Source of the DNA: a virus
Lineage: Duplodnaviria > Caudoviricetes
Reading direction: 5' to 3' (one strand)
Length of the DNA: 37,540 nt
IMG/VR virus record: IMGVR_UViG_3300021962_000275
Span: 1-37,540 of that record
Shown: positions 1 through 9,600 of the stretch, piece after piece
How the letters are laid out: each line of letters opens with the position of its first letter
Numbering within the stretch: position 1 is the first letter of the stretch
Notes under the pieces: generated by a model
The model's input: the letters and a program-made list of their open reading frames with translations, nothing else
The model's database searches: none
Told to the model about the DNA's origin: nothing
Made by a program: the position numbers and the translations under genes

Positions 1-102
1 ATTGGCGAACGCCAAGACCCGCACATGATGGAAACCGACTGGACAGATGAAAACGGCAAGGTTATTGTTGAGCCGTTAAAACCAGTCACTGAATCCAACT
101 AA
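1..102 (+). CDS. 3' end of tail fibre / receptor-binding protein (partial)
   Basis: Frame 1 reads IGERQDPHMMETDWTDENGKVIVEPLKPVTESN* (TAA 100-102), resembling C-termini of aquatic-phage fibre proteins; probably continues the ORF that runs off the window end at 37032-37540. Confidence 0.65.
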   Translation: MGERQDPHMMETDWTDENGKVIVEPLKPVTESN

Positions 103-111
103 AACACTACC

Positions 112-303
112 ATGCCCGATACATCCTCCCCCACCATCGACATCAATGACCTCGTTGCCGTCGTTCAGCTCATCGACGTTTGCTCCACTCGTGGCGCGTT
201 TCGCGGTGAAGAACTCGCGACGGTTGGCGGCTTACGCACGAAGCTCACCGAGATCGTGAAAGCAAACACACCAGCGACACCTGACGCTCCAAAACCAGAA
301 TAA
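112..303 (+). CDS. small hypothetical phage protein (63 aa), possible fibre-associated chaperone
   Basis: ORF packed between fibre end and nozzle gene; IDVCSTRGAFRGEEL motif resembles a common small aquatic-phage family. Confidence 0.75.
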   Translation: MPDTSSPTIDINDLVAVVQLIDVCSTRGAFRGEELATVGGLRTKLTEIVKANTPATPDAPKPE

Positions 304-306
304 AAA

Positions 307-2115
307 ATGGCACTGAGTAACCAGTACATGGTCGAGGCCGAGAACGGTTTCATCGGCATGCAGAGCCGATTGAATCCGCTCCAGCTTGAACCTGGATACG
401 TCCAGCTCTCGCAGAATATGCGGCTCGACCTTGGTATTGCCATTACTCGCAAGGGCCAGAAGCGCCTGACCACCGTAGATATTGCCGGGTTACCGATCTA
501 CGGCTCAGGCGTCTTCTCAACCGCGGCCGGCGTTGAGTACATCATCATGGCGATGGCCGGCGCACTTTATATTTACAACACCGCCACGCTGACGGTTGGA
601 AGCGCGATCAACTATCCAACCGGCCGCACCATCGCAGTGACCGACAAAGTAGATATTGTGCAGGCCAACAACGTGGCCTACATCTTCCGCGGTCAGGGCA
701 GCGATCCTGTTGCAGTCACCAGCATCACGCGCTCGGGATCTACTGCCACCGTAACGATCACCTCGCACGGTTTTTCAAATGGTGACGAGGTCATCATCTC
801 GGGCGCTTCTCAGTCTGAGTACAACGGCTCATTTGTAATTTCCAACGTCGCCACGAACACGTTTGACTACACGGTGACCGGCACGCCCGCCACGCCGGCA
901 ACCGGCACAATCTACTGCAAAAAAGGCAAGGCGCCGCTCGTATGGGATGGCGCATCCACGGTAAGCGTAGTTCCGCAGGGCGTGACTACTGGCGCATCGG
1001 CCAACATGCCATGCAGCGATTTTGGTCTTTATTTCAAGAATCGTCTGGTGGTGAAAACAGCGCGTGACCGTATCGCCGCGTCAGACTACCTCGACTACAA
1101 CACCTGGGACGTGGACTTCGCGCAGTTCGTGATCAACCTCGGATCCAACGACGCCATCGTCGGATTCCAGCCGTGGCAGGAAGACAAGTTCATTATCTTT
1201 GAGCGCAACTCGATCTACTACGCCTACATTGATCCCAATGGCTACACGTCTGGCGCCGCCCCCGGTGGCACTTCTTTTATTCAATCCTTGACCGCAGAAT
1301 TTGGATGCTCGGCTCGGCGCACCGTAGTGAATGCCGGCGAGTACATCTTCTTTCTTTCGGACAACGGCGTGTATCTCCTCAACCCTTCGCTTGATTTAAA
1401 GCTACTCGGGAACACGACGCCGCTGTCCGATCCTATCTCGGATATCATCGCCAGAATTAATGCCACCGCGGTCTCTGGTGCCGTTGGTCGCATGTTCAAC
1501 AACCGTTACTATCTGGCCGTCCCAATCGATGGCGCCACGCGCAATAATGCCGTGCTGGTCTACTCGATGCTCAACAAGGCGTGGGAGTCCATCGACACAT
1601 TCCCCACCGGAATGTACGTCGATAACTTTGTCGTATCACTCTACGGGCAGGCCAAGCGCATGTACGCCATTAACCGCGAGAATGGCATCTTCCTATGCGA
1701 AGAACTCAACTACGACGAGTTTGATAATCTGACCGGCACGCCCACGCTGCCATTCCAGATCCCCGCGTACATCACGAACAATTTCCGTCAGTACCAAGTC
1801 GCCGGCCAGATTCTTTCGCGTCGGTATTTTTACAATACCTTCACCTCAAAACGATTTGCATCCGGTGAGGTCGACATCTTGTCCAACGCAAACGACACGC
1901 TGGTCATCACGGCCATCGCCAAGAATCCCGACAACTCGTCCGAGGTCTTCACGTTCTCGTCAGGATCTAACCAAGATTACACGGTGCGCTTCCCAATCGC
2001 AAAGCGTGGCTTTGGTCTGGATCTAAAATTTGAGTCTACCTTTGGCCGGCCAACAATCCGTGGTCTGCGCGTCAACGCTACCGTGCCAGGCCGCAATCTG
2101 GTATCTGAGCAGTAA
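307..2115 (+). CDS. tail nozzle / DNA stabilisation protein (P22 gp10 / T7 gp12-like) with inserted FCCH-like beta domain
   Basis: 602 aa, beta-propeller-like strands (FGCSARRTVVNAGEYIFFLSDNGVY, NNRYYLAVP), directly upstream of the ejection proteins. Confidence 0.75.
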   Translation: MALSNQYMVEAENGFIGMQSRLNPLQLEPGYVQLSQNMRLDLGIAITRKGQKRLTTVDIAGLPIYGSGVFSTAAGVEYIIMAMAGALYIYNTATLTVGSAINYPTGRTIAVTDKVDIVQANNVAYIFRGQGSDPVAVTSITRSGSTATVTITSHGFSNGDEVIISGASQSEYNGSFVISNVATNTFDYTVTGTPATPATGTIYCKKGKAPLVWDGASTVSVVPQGVTTGASANMPCSDFGLYFKNRLVVKTARDRIAASDYLDYNTWDVDFAQFVINLGSNDAIVGFQPWQEDKFIIFERNSIYYAYIDPNGYTSGAAPGGTSFIQSLTAEFGCSARRTVVNAGEYIFFLSDNGVYLLNPSLDLKLLGNTTPLSDPISDIIARINATAVSGAVGRMFNNRYYLAVPIDGATRNNAVLVYSMLNKAWESIDTFPTGMYVDNFVVSLYGQAKRMYAINRENGIFLCEELNYDEFDNLTGTPTLPFQIPAYITNNFRQYQVAGQILSRRYFYNTFTSKRFASGEVDILSNANDTLVITAIAKNPDNSSEVFTFSSGSNQDYTVRFPIAKRGFGLDLKFESTFGRPTIRGLRVNATVPGRNLVSEQ

Positions 2116-2543
2116 TGAATGCTGATGCTCAACAGACCGACTGGCTCGAGCACATTACCGACTTTGCCGTCAACAACGGTGGCGCCGGCTGCTTCATTAA
2201 CTGGCCAAGAGAGAACGTCCGTCAATACCTCGCATTCCACGCCGGCCAAAACACTCTTGCCTTGGTAAAAGATAAGGGTCAGATCGTTGCACTCGGCACC
2301 GCGATCCAATGCAATCCCGAGGAGATCACGGCAAAGTGGGAGTGGCGCGGCACCAATCCATTCGGCAAGATTCTGGTAATCCTTGATGTCGTAAATACCC
2401 GCAAGGGCGGGCTTACTCTACTCTTCTTAGAAATGTTCAAACGCTGGCCGGCTGGATCCGTTGAGCGCGTCGTTGCGCTCCGTCCTAACAAGGTCATCGA
2501 ACTCACTCCAAAATACATTCAACTCGCAGCTTTAAAGGGATAA
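2115..2543 (+). CDS. hypothetical protein, possibly GNAT-like (P22 gp14 / T7 gp13 position)
   Basis: 142 aa, TAATG-coupled to the nozzle gene; position between nozzle and ejection proteins; function from gene order only. Confidence 0.55.
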   Translation: MNADAQQTDWLEHITDFAVNNGGAGCFINWPRENVRQYLAFHAGQNTLALVKDKGQIVALGTAIQCNPEEITAKWEWRGTNPFGKILVILDVVNTRKGGLTLLFLEMFKRWPAGSVERVVALRPNKVIELTPKYIQLAALKG

Positions 2544-2547
2544 CAAT

Positions 2548-4884
2548 ATGGGATCAACAACTGTTCAGACAGCTCCGCAACGTAATTACGCACAAGAAAC
2601 CCAGGACACGCTGGCCACGCAGATCGCGCTGGCGCCAGAGTTGTATGCATCCGAGGCTCAGTACCAGCCGCAATACAATCAGCTCCAGCTCAAGCTGGCC
2701 GAGCAGGCGATGTTTGGCACCGAAGGCCAAGCCGGTCTGTTGGATCAATACAGACGTTCATCGGAACAATTTCAAGGCATCCAGCAGGGCTTAAACACTC
2801 AGCAGCGCACTGCTGACATTCAAGATGTCGCCAATTTAGCTCCAGCCGCTCAGGCCGCATTTAAGGCCGCAAATCCTGAGCTGTTTGCTCAGATGGAGCA
2901 GGCAAAAGCACTTCAAGCGAGCAACAATCAGCCGTTCAATCGTCTGAATGCTTTCTTGTCGGTGCCACCAAGTCAGCAGGACATCGCCGCTCAACAGATC
3001 GCCGGCCCTAACATCAACGCGCAGATGGTTGGCCGTGAGAATACTTCGTTTGGTAATATCAACACGATGGATGTCGCCGCGCAGCAGATGGCGTCGCCGG
3101 GATCTGTGCAGGCTCAACAACTTGCCGCAGCGCAGGTCGCCGCACCTGGCACCGTAGGCGCCGAGCGCGTGGGCGCTGCGCTCATTGAGACGCCGGCACA
3201 GGTCGAGGCTCGAAATGTGCGTGCTCGAGCCTTGCAGGCCCAACAGGTTGCTGCCCCGCAGCAGGTGCAGGCCGGTCTTATTCAGCCTGGCACGCTTGGC
3301 GCCTCGCTCTACGGTCAGGCACTCAACGCTGGCCCATCTAAGATCTCGGCAGCACTTGAGAATGCCGTGCTCAACAATCTTACCGCGGACGGCAGTTTAA
3401 GCGCCGCCGAGCAACGTCAGGCCGAGCAGCAAGTGCGTGCATCATACGCCGCTCGCGGTATGGCAATGTCGCCACAAGCCATCAGCGCCGAGGTGCAGAA
3501 TCGTCTAGTCAACCAGCGCCAACGCTCCATTGAGAACCTCGGTCTGGCCGGCCAAGTGAACCAACAGTTGCAAGCCGAGCAGGCCGCAAATCGTGGCTTT
3601 GCTGGCAACGTGTTTGGTGCTGATGTTGGCATGCAGCAGCAGAACATCGGTAATCAGCTCGCTGCTGGTCAATTCAATGCTCAGACTGGTCTACAGGCTG
3701 CCTTGGCCAATCAGGCTGCGGGTAACCAGATGGCGCAACAAAATGCCGCGAACCAACTCCAGGCTCAGTTGGCGAATCAACAAGCCGGTCTGCAAGCCGG
3801 TCAATTCAACGCCAGCACCTCGATCCAAGCCCAGCAGGCAAATCAGGACGCTCTTCTCCGCGCTCAATTGGCAAACCAACAGGCTGGCATTCAGACTGGT
3901 CAATTTAACGCGCAGACTGGTCTGCAAGCGGATCTGGCTAATCAGCAGGCCGCAAATCAGATCGCTCTGGCTAATCAGCAAGCTGGTCTGCAAGCCGGTC
4001 AATTTAACGTCAACACGCAGGCTCAACTGCAGGCTCAGAATCAGGATGCTGCTCTACGCGCTGCTCTGGCCAACCAGCAGGTCAATCTGCAGGGTCAGCA
4101 ATTTAATGCGCTGAATCAGTCAAACGTCGCTCAAGCTAATCGTGACGCTGCCCAGCAAGCCGGTTTGGCCAATCAGGCCGCGGCACTGCAACAGCAGCAG
4201 CTCATGGCTCAATATGGTTACCAGACACAGCTTGCCAATCAGCAGGCCAATCTTGGCGCCGCTGAGAGCAATCGTGCGTTTCAAGCTCAACAGCTCCAAA
4301 ACTACTACCAGAATCTCGGCCAAGCTGGGCAACTCTACAACCAAGGTCTTGGTGCTGATCGCGCCTACGCTGCACAGTTGGTGGGTCTGCAACAGGCCAC
4401 GATGTCGGATCCGTATGCTGCGATCCTCGGCCGGTCTTCTACTGCTGGCAATGTTGCGCAGAACACGACCAATCAAGGCATGAATCTCACGAACATGGCC
4501 GGCCCTGCGTTGTTTAATCCCGAATCGAGCTACGCCAACAATATCTACGGTGGCAATCAGCAGGCCACGAACGCTGCGAACATCGCCACGGCTCAATCCA
4601 ACGCCGCGGTTATCGGTGGTCTTGCCTCTGGTCTTGGATCTGCGGCCGGCGGTTGGGCTGGCGGTGGATTCAAAACTCCATGCTGGGTCGCCCGCGAGGT
4701 CTACGGCATCAACAATCCAAAATGGAAACGCTTCCGCACCTGGCTTCTTACTCGCGCACCAAAATGGTTTCACGACTTCTACATCAAGTACGGCGAGAAC
4801 TTTGCTGAGTTTATCAGCGACAAACCACGCACCAAGAGTCTCATTCGTCGGTGGATGGACTCGCGCATCGCAACTCTCAAATAA
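2548..4884 (+). CDS. ejection / DNA pilot protein with Gln/Ala/Asn 11-aa repeats and C-terminal CWVAREVYG domain
   Basis: 778 aa; Q/A/N-rich repeats; Gly-rich hydrophobic segment AAVIGGLASGLGSAAGGWAGGG; position after nozzle. Confidence 0.75.
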   Translation: MGSTTVQTAPQRNYAQETQDTLATQIALAPELYASEAQYQPQYNQLQLKLAEQAMFGTEGQAGLLDQYRRSSEQFQGIQQGLNTQQRTADIQDVANLAPAAQAAFKAANPELFAQMEQAKALQASNNQPFNRLNAFLSVPPSQQDIAAQQIAGPNINAQMVGRENTSFGNINTMDVAAQQMASPGSVQAQQLAAAQVAAPGTVGAERVGAALIETPAQVEARNVRARALQAQQVAAPQQVQAGLIQPGTLGASLYGQALNAGPSKISAALENAVLNNLTADGSLSAAEQRQAEQQVRASYAARGMAMSPQAISAEVQNRLVNQRQRSIENLGLAGQVNQQLQAEQAANRGFAGNVFGADVGMQQQNIGNQLAAGQFNAQTGLQAALANQAAGNQMAQQNAANQLQAQLANQQAGLQAGQFNASTSIQAQQANQDALLRAQLANQQAGIQTGQFNAQTGLQADLANQQAANQIALANQQAGLQAGQFNVNTQAQLQAQNQDAALRAALANQQVNLQGQQFNALNQSNVAQANRDAAQQAGLANQAAALQQQQLMAQYGYQTQLANQQANLGAAESNRAFQAQQLQNYYQNLGQAGQLYNQGLGADRAYAAQLVGLQQATMSDPYAAILGRSSTAGNVAQNTTNQGMNLTNMAGPALFNPESSYANNIYGGNQQATNAANIATAQSNAAVIGGLASGLGSAAGGWAGGGFKTPCWVAREVYGINNPKWKRFRTWLLTRAPKWFHDFYIKYGENFAEFISDKPRTKSLIRRWMDSRIATLK
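3625..4284 (+). repeat. 20 degenerate tandem 33-bp (11-aa) coding repeats
   Basis: Units such as LQAQLANQQAG and LQAGQFNASTS; Asn at position 7 in 19 of 20 units. Confidence 0.9.
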
Positions 4885-4890
4885 TTCACC

Positions 4891-6600
4891 ATGCAAAAAG
4901 GCCCATACTTTCAACCAGTCCAATACATCAGCCCTATTCCCGAGGGTTACATGCAGGCGTCTGCTAACATTGGGCGCTCGCTTGGTGGTGCGCTTGCTTC
5001 CATTGGTGAAACAATTGGAACCAGCTTGGAGAAATATCGTAAAAATAAAGAGGAAGATCAATTTCTTACCGGCCAAGCTGAAGCAATTGTACCTTCGCTG
5101 CAGGCTTATGCAGGCGACATCAAAGACGATAAACAAAAAGCATCATACGAAGGTCTGATTAAAAAACTCGGTGATTTTAGTGGCCAGTCTTTGTCGCAAA
5201 AACGAGCCACGCTTGCTCAGGCTGGCACCTTTGTTCAGTCATTTAAAAATGCACGCGATGCTCAGATCTCCGCGATGCAACTTAACGCAGCAAGACAAGA
5301 AGCCGCAAATGTTGATGCTTACTCAAAAGCAATGGCCGGCACGCCATCTACTAAAAATGAAACGTACACTGGCCAAGATCTGGGTCTTATTGCTGGCAGC
5401 AAATATCTTCAAGATCAGGGTGCAAATGCTTCTAGTTACAATCCAACGCTGCGCCAGGGTGCTTTCAGCAATATCGACACCGAGGCACTGAGCGGAATGA
5501 TGAATCGTGGCGGTGTTCCTACTCAGGCTCCCGCTTCACTTCCTGCTCCATCTGCACAAGTTGCTCCGTCTGCTATCGAGCGTTTTGGTGGTCAAGCTGT
5601 TATGTCTCGTAGCGCACGTCCATCCGCACCAGTTCAAGGCGTTTCAGATCTTTCTGCTGCTCCAATGGAAAATGTTCAGCGTGAAGATCTCACTGCTGCT
5701 CCAATGACTGCTGCTGAACGCGCCTCCGCTCTGCCAACGTCTCCTATCACGGCTGCACCAGTTCTTGATTACAATAAGGTTCCAACCTCATTTAATCAGC
5801 AGATCGCTGGCCTACCATTTGTTAATGTTGAGCGCACTCGTCAGGTCGCAACCAACAACAAAGAAAAATATCAGTCTGCAATTGCCACCTATCTTGCCGA
5901 AGGAGGAAAACTCGATCCAAAGATGGATCAAACATTGGCTGCTAGATTTAACATCACACCTGACTCCGAAATTAAGGTTCAGCAGTTGAAGGACGATAAA
6001 GGAAACGTCTGGGGCGCGGCTGTTATGTCCAACGGCAAACCAGTACATTTTGTTGAGGCTCCAAAACCTACTACCGGAATTACTGCTGACCAAGAACGCT
6101 TGATCAATTTCCAAGATAACTTAACGGCAAGAACCGTTAATTTTAATGGATCCAAGTTCTTGGTTTCACAAAAAGAAGAAGCCAATAAACTGAAGGATTC
6201 TATTGCGGCCAACATGGACGCTCAAGTAATCATCGATAATTTGATAAAGTTGAGCGACAGTCCAAATGTCAAAATCCCTGGCACCAAAGAATACGCACAA
6301 GCCAAGTCATTGGCCACTCAAGCTCGTGGTTTGATGCGTGAACAGATCGTTGGGCCTGGCGCCGTAAATGAATCTGAGTATGCAATGCTTGGAGAAGTTA
6401 TTTCTGATCCGACTACTTTTTTTAGCATTCAAGAAAACAACAAGGAGCGTCTAGGATCCTTGAAGAGCACCTTGAACACAAAGGTTGGAAACAAAATTAA
6501 AGCCTCCGGTGCTCAAGACATGAGTGGCGCAACCGTTGTTGGGCCATCTGCTCCAGGTTCATCCGTAATCCGCTATTCTACCACCGGTCAGCGTATTTAA
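4891..6600 (+). CDS. putative ejection / internal virion protein
   Basis: 569 aa, helical, N-terminal IGRSLGGALASIGETIG segment, central Pro/Ala/Ser linker; between two other ejection-type genes. Confidence 0.65.
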   Translation: MQKGPYFQPVQYISPIPEGYMQASANIGRSLGGALASIGETIGTSLEKYRKNKEEDQFLTGQAEAIVPSLQAYAGDIKDDKQKASYEGLIKKLGDFSGQSLSQKRATLAQAGTFVQSFKNARDAQISAMQLNAARQEAANVDAYSKAMAGTPSTKNETYTGQDLGLIAGSKYLQDQGANASSYNPTLRQGAFSNIDTEALSGMMNRGGVPTQAPASLPAPSAQVAPSAIERFGGQAVMSRSARPSAPVQGVSDLSAAPMENVQREDLTAAPMTAAERASALPTSPITAAPVLDYNKVPTSFNQQIAGLPFVNVERTRQVATNNKEKYQSAIATYLAEGGKLDPKMDQTLAARFNITPDSEIKVQQLKDDKGNVWGAAVMSNGKPVHFVEAPKPTTGITADQERLINFQDNLTARTVNFNGSKFLVSQKEEANKLKDSIAANMDAQVIIDNLIKLSDSPNVKIPGTKEYAQAKSLATQARGLMREQIVGPGAVNESEYAMLGEVISDPTTFFSIQENNKERLGSLKSTLNTKVGNKIKASGAQDMSGATVVGPSAPGSSVIRYSTTGQRI

Positions 6601-6603
6601 TTC

Positions 6604-9600
6604 ATGCCAACTATCCGAGTTGAGATTCCGTCCCGAAATCAAACGATTGAGTTTGATCAGGGAACACCAGAAAGCGTGATTCAAGATGTCATTAAACGTG
6701 ACTTCCCACGCAACGGGCAAGACGTGGCCTACGAGGTCAACCAGATGCCAGGATTCTCAAAGACGATCTCGGATGAAGATTTCTCCTTGTATGAGAAATT
6801 CGTAGATCAAAAGAAAACTGATCTGCTGCAAACGGCACTTGGTGCAGCCGGCGGCATTGTCGAAACCGTTGGAAAAGGCATCAAAGGTCTGTTTGAGATT
6901 CGTAATTTATCGCCAGAGGTGGCTGCATCGACGGCGCTCGAGTCTGGCCTACAAGGCACTCGAGATTTGTACGGCATGGTGGCGCAATCTGAGGATCCAA
7001 GCTCGTTTTTCTTTAAATTTAAGGATCTGCTTGATGGAACCAGCAGCGTTGCAGAACGAAAAAAGCAATGGCTAGAGGCCCGCGATTTTGTTGAGCAAAC
7101 TCAAAAATACGAAGCCGGCAAAGAAACCGTGTCCGGTCTTGATCCAGCCTTAGTCAACAACGACGTTAAGAATACGCTGAAGCTGATTGCGGATCCCACG
7201 TTGTTTATCCCAGGCGTTGGCGAAGTTCTAGGTGCAGGCAAATTTGGCACAAGAGCAACCGGCTTGGCCATGAAAGGCACCGGCGCTGCAGCCACCGCGG
7301 TCACTAAGCCACTCAGCGAATTTATTGGCGGCGTGGGCAGAATGGCGGGCGAGGCAATTGGTGCTGATGCTGGCAAGCTACGGAATGTAGCAGCCGGCGC
7401 AGGCGTCACAGGCTTTGCAATGGGCATTCCTGGCGTAACTGAGGCCGCAGCCGTAGTTGGTGCCATTGAGGGCGCAAACAAGGCTGGCCAAGTGCTGGAG
7501 CGTGCGGGCGAGCAATTGATGAACGCTCCGACTCGCATTGGTGCGCTGGAGTCTTTGGCGCTTAATCCAAATGCTTCATCGTTTGACAGAGCCATCGCTA
7601 AGGTTGGCCGATACGGTGGCGACGATATCATTGATATCGGATCTCGCACGTTGGCCGGCGGCGTCGAGGGTGCTGCTATCGGCACGGTACTTGGTGGTTT
7701 GGCTGGCGGTGAAGAGGGCGCCGCGGCTGGCTTTGGATCCGGTGGCGTGCTTGGTGCTGGCGGTGCCGGCATCGCTCGAGTTGTGGACAAAGCCAGTGGA
7801 AAAGCTGCCGTTGAGGCTCGGCACAACGACTTTAATCGCTTTTACGAGAATCTAGACAAGGACACGCAATCCAAATTTGATACCGTTGTTAAAAATTCGG
7901 GCATTGATGGCGCCGCTCAGGTGATGGACATCTCTGGCATCATTCGCGGCAAATTCAATGACGCTGATGTTCGTTTTTCGACTGCAGATGAATTTGCAAC
8001 GAAGTACGGTCAAGATGCTCGAGGCGTACAGATCGTTGAAGGCGAGCGTCCAGTCGTAGACATCAACGTCGATAAATTTAACAGTCAGGCGACGGTTGGC
8101 CATGAGATGTTCCATGCGTTCAAAGCTATCGATCAGCTTCGTCCATTGGCTGAACGAGCCGAGCAGATGATCGTTGGTAACTACGTTATCGATGGAAACG
8201 GTCAGTCGACACGCACGACGCCTGGCCTACTTGATGACGCGGCAATTCTTAAAACATTTGACGATTACGTTTTCAAATTAAAACCCGACGAAAACAGCAA
8301 ATGGGCCAAGGCTAACACGCTGGTTGAGAAATCAAAATTGATTGGCGAAGAACTTGGCGCCGAGTACATGTCTCGTCTGATTCAAGGCAGCGACACGGAT
8401 GCGATGCTGCGCGGTTTTGATGGTTTAACTCGCACGATTTTGGACAAGGCGCTGCTTTCAAATACGGAAGGATTCTTGCGCCGTACCGCTCAAAGCCTCG
8501 GTCTTGGATCAAAGCCAATTGAGTCGCTTGTTTTTACCAAACTCGAGCAGGCATCGCCAGCATTGAATGCGGCGTTGCGTGACATGGTTCGCGCCCGGCG
8601 CAACATGAACAAAAAGATTGAGCTGGCTGAAGACACTGGCTTTGCGATCAGAAATCGTGATTTGGCCAATCCTGCTGCTGCAAAAATAGCTACAGACATG
8701 GGCATCGCAGAAACTGGCGTTGATGGCGTTACCCGCATGAAACCAGACGATGTGCTGGCCCAAGAAGATCGTGTTAGCTCTGATGCTTTGACTGCAGCAA
8801 TCAAATCAGCTCCAGTTGTTGACGTGAATGAGCCACGACTGCGCGAGGTCGATGGCCAGATCGTAGGCGATGGTATCAGCAACGCACAGTTGGCTGCTAT
8901 CCAAGCGTCTCCTAACATCATCGATAAGGTGAAGAAAGGCATAACCATTCTTAAAGATTCGATTGAAAGCGGAAACGTGATTTTCATCCGAAACGGTAAA
9001 GCTACGAAAGAGATTAAGAGTCGCCTAACTGGCAAAACGCTTAAACGCTACAATGACGGCGTCCGCATCACCGAGCGTGACATTGTTCCGTATGCGTTGG
9101 CCACAAGCCAGGCCGGCGAGTTGTTTGTCCGCACTTTCGATATTTCCAAGGCTCGCAACGAAGCGATGAGTTTGGCGTCCCGAGATCGTCTTGGGCCTTA
9201 CAAGGCCGATTTCCAGACGTTCTACGGCGACCTTGCTCGCTACCTTAACAATCTTTCGGATCGTGAGAATGCGGTGCCGACGAAGGAACTATTTGGCGAT
9301 GCTGCAAAGGCCGCATACATGACCGATTTCTTTGGTGGCAAAGACGGCACTGCGGCTAAGTACATCCGCAATTTCACGCTGGATCGCATGATCGACATGC
9401 GTCCCACCGGAGAAAAGGTCAGCATGTCGCAACTGGCTTATGATCGCAACAAGGCGCGATTCATGCCGGCCGAAAATCTGGGTGATTCCAAGATCTTTAA
9501 TTCGCCAGATAGCGGTTACCGCATCATCTCAAAATCGAACAACAAGCACAGTCTGTACGCGCCGACTGGCGAGCGGATCGGCATCTATGACACGCAGGCT

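Noticed and set aside
3625-4284. Periodic repeats as a CRISPR array or DGR template/variable repeat
   Set aside because: Repeats are in-frame and degenerate at synonymous sites, with no spacers, cas genes or reverse transcriptase in the window
4120-5136. 338-aa minus-strand ORF
   Set aside because: Antisense shadow of two ejection genes with biased codon use; no recognisable motifs
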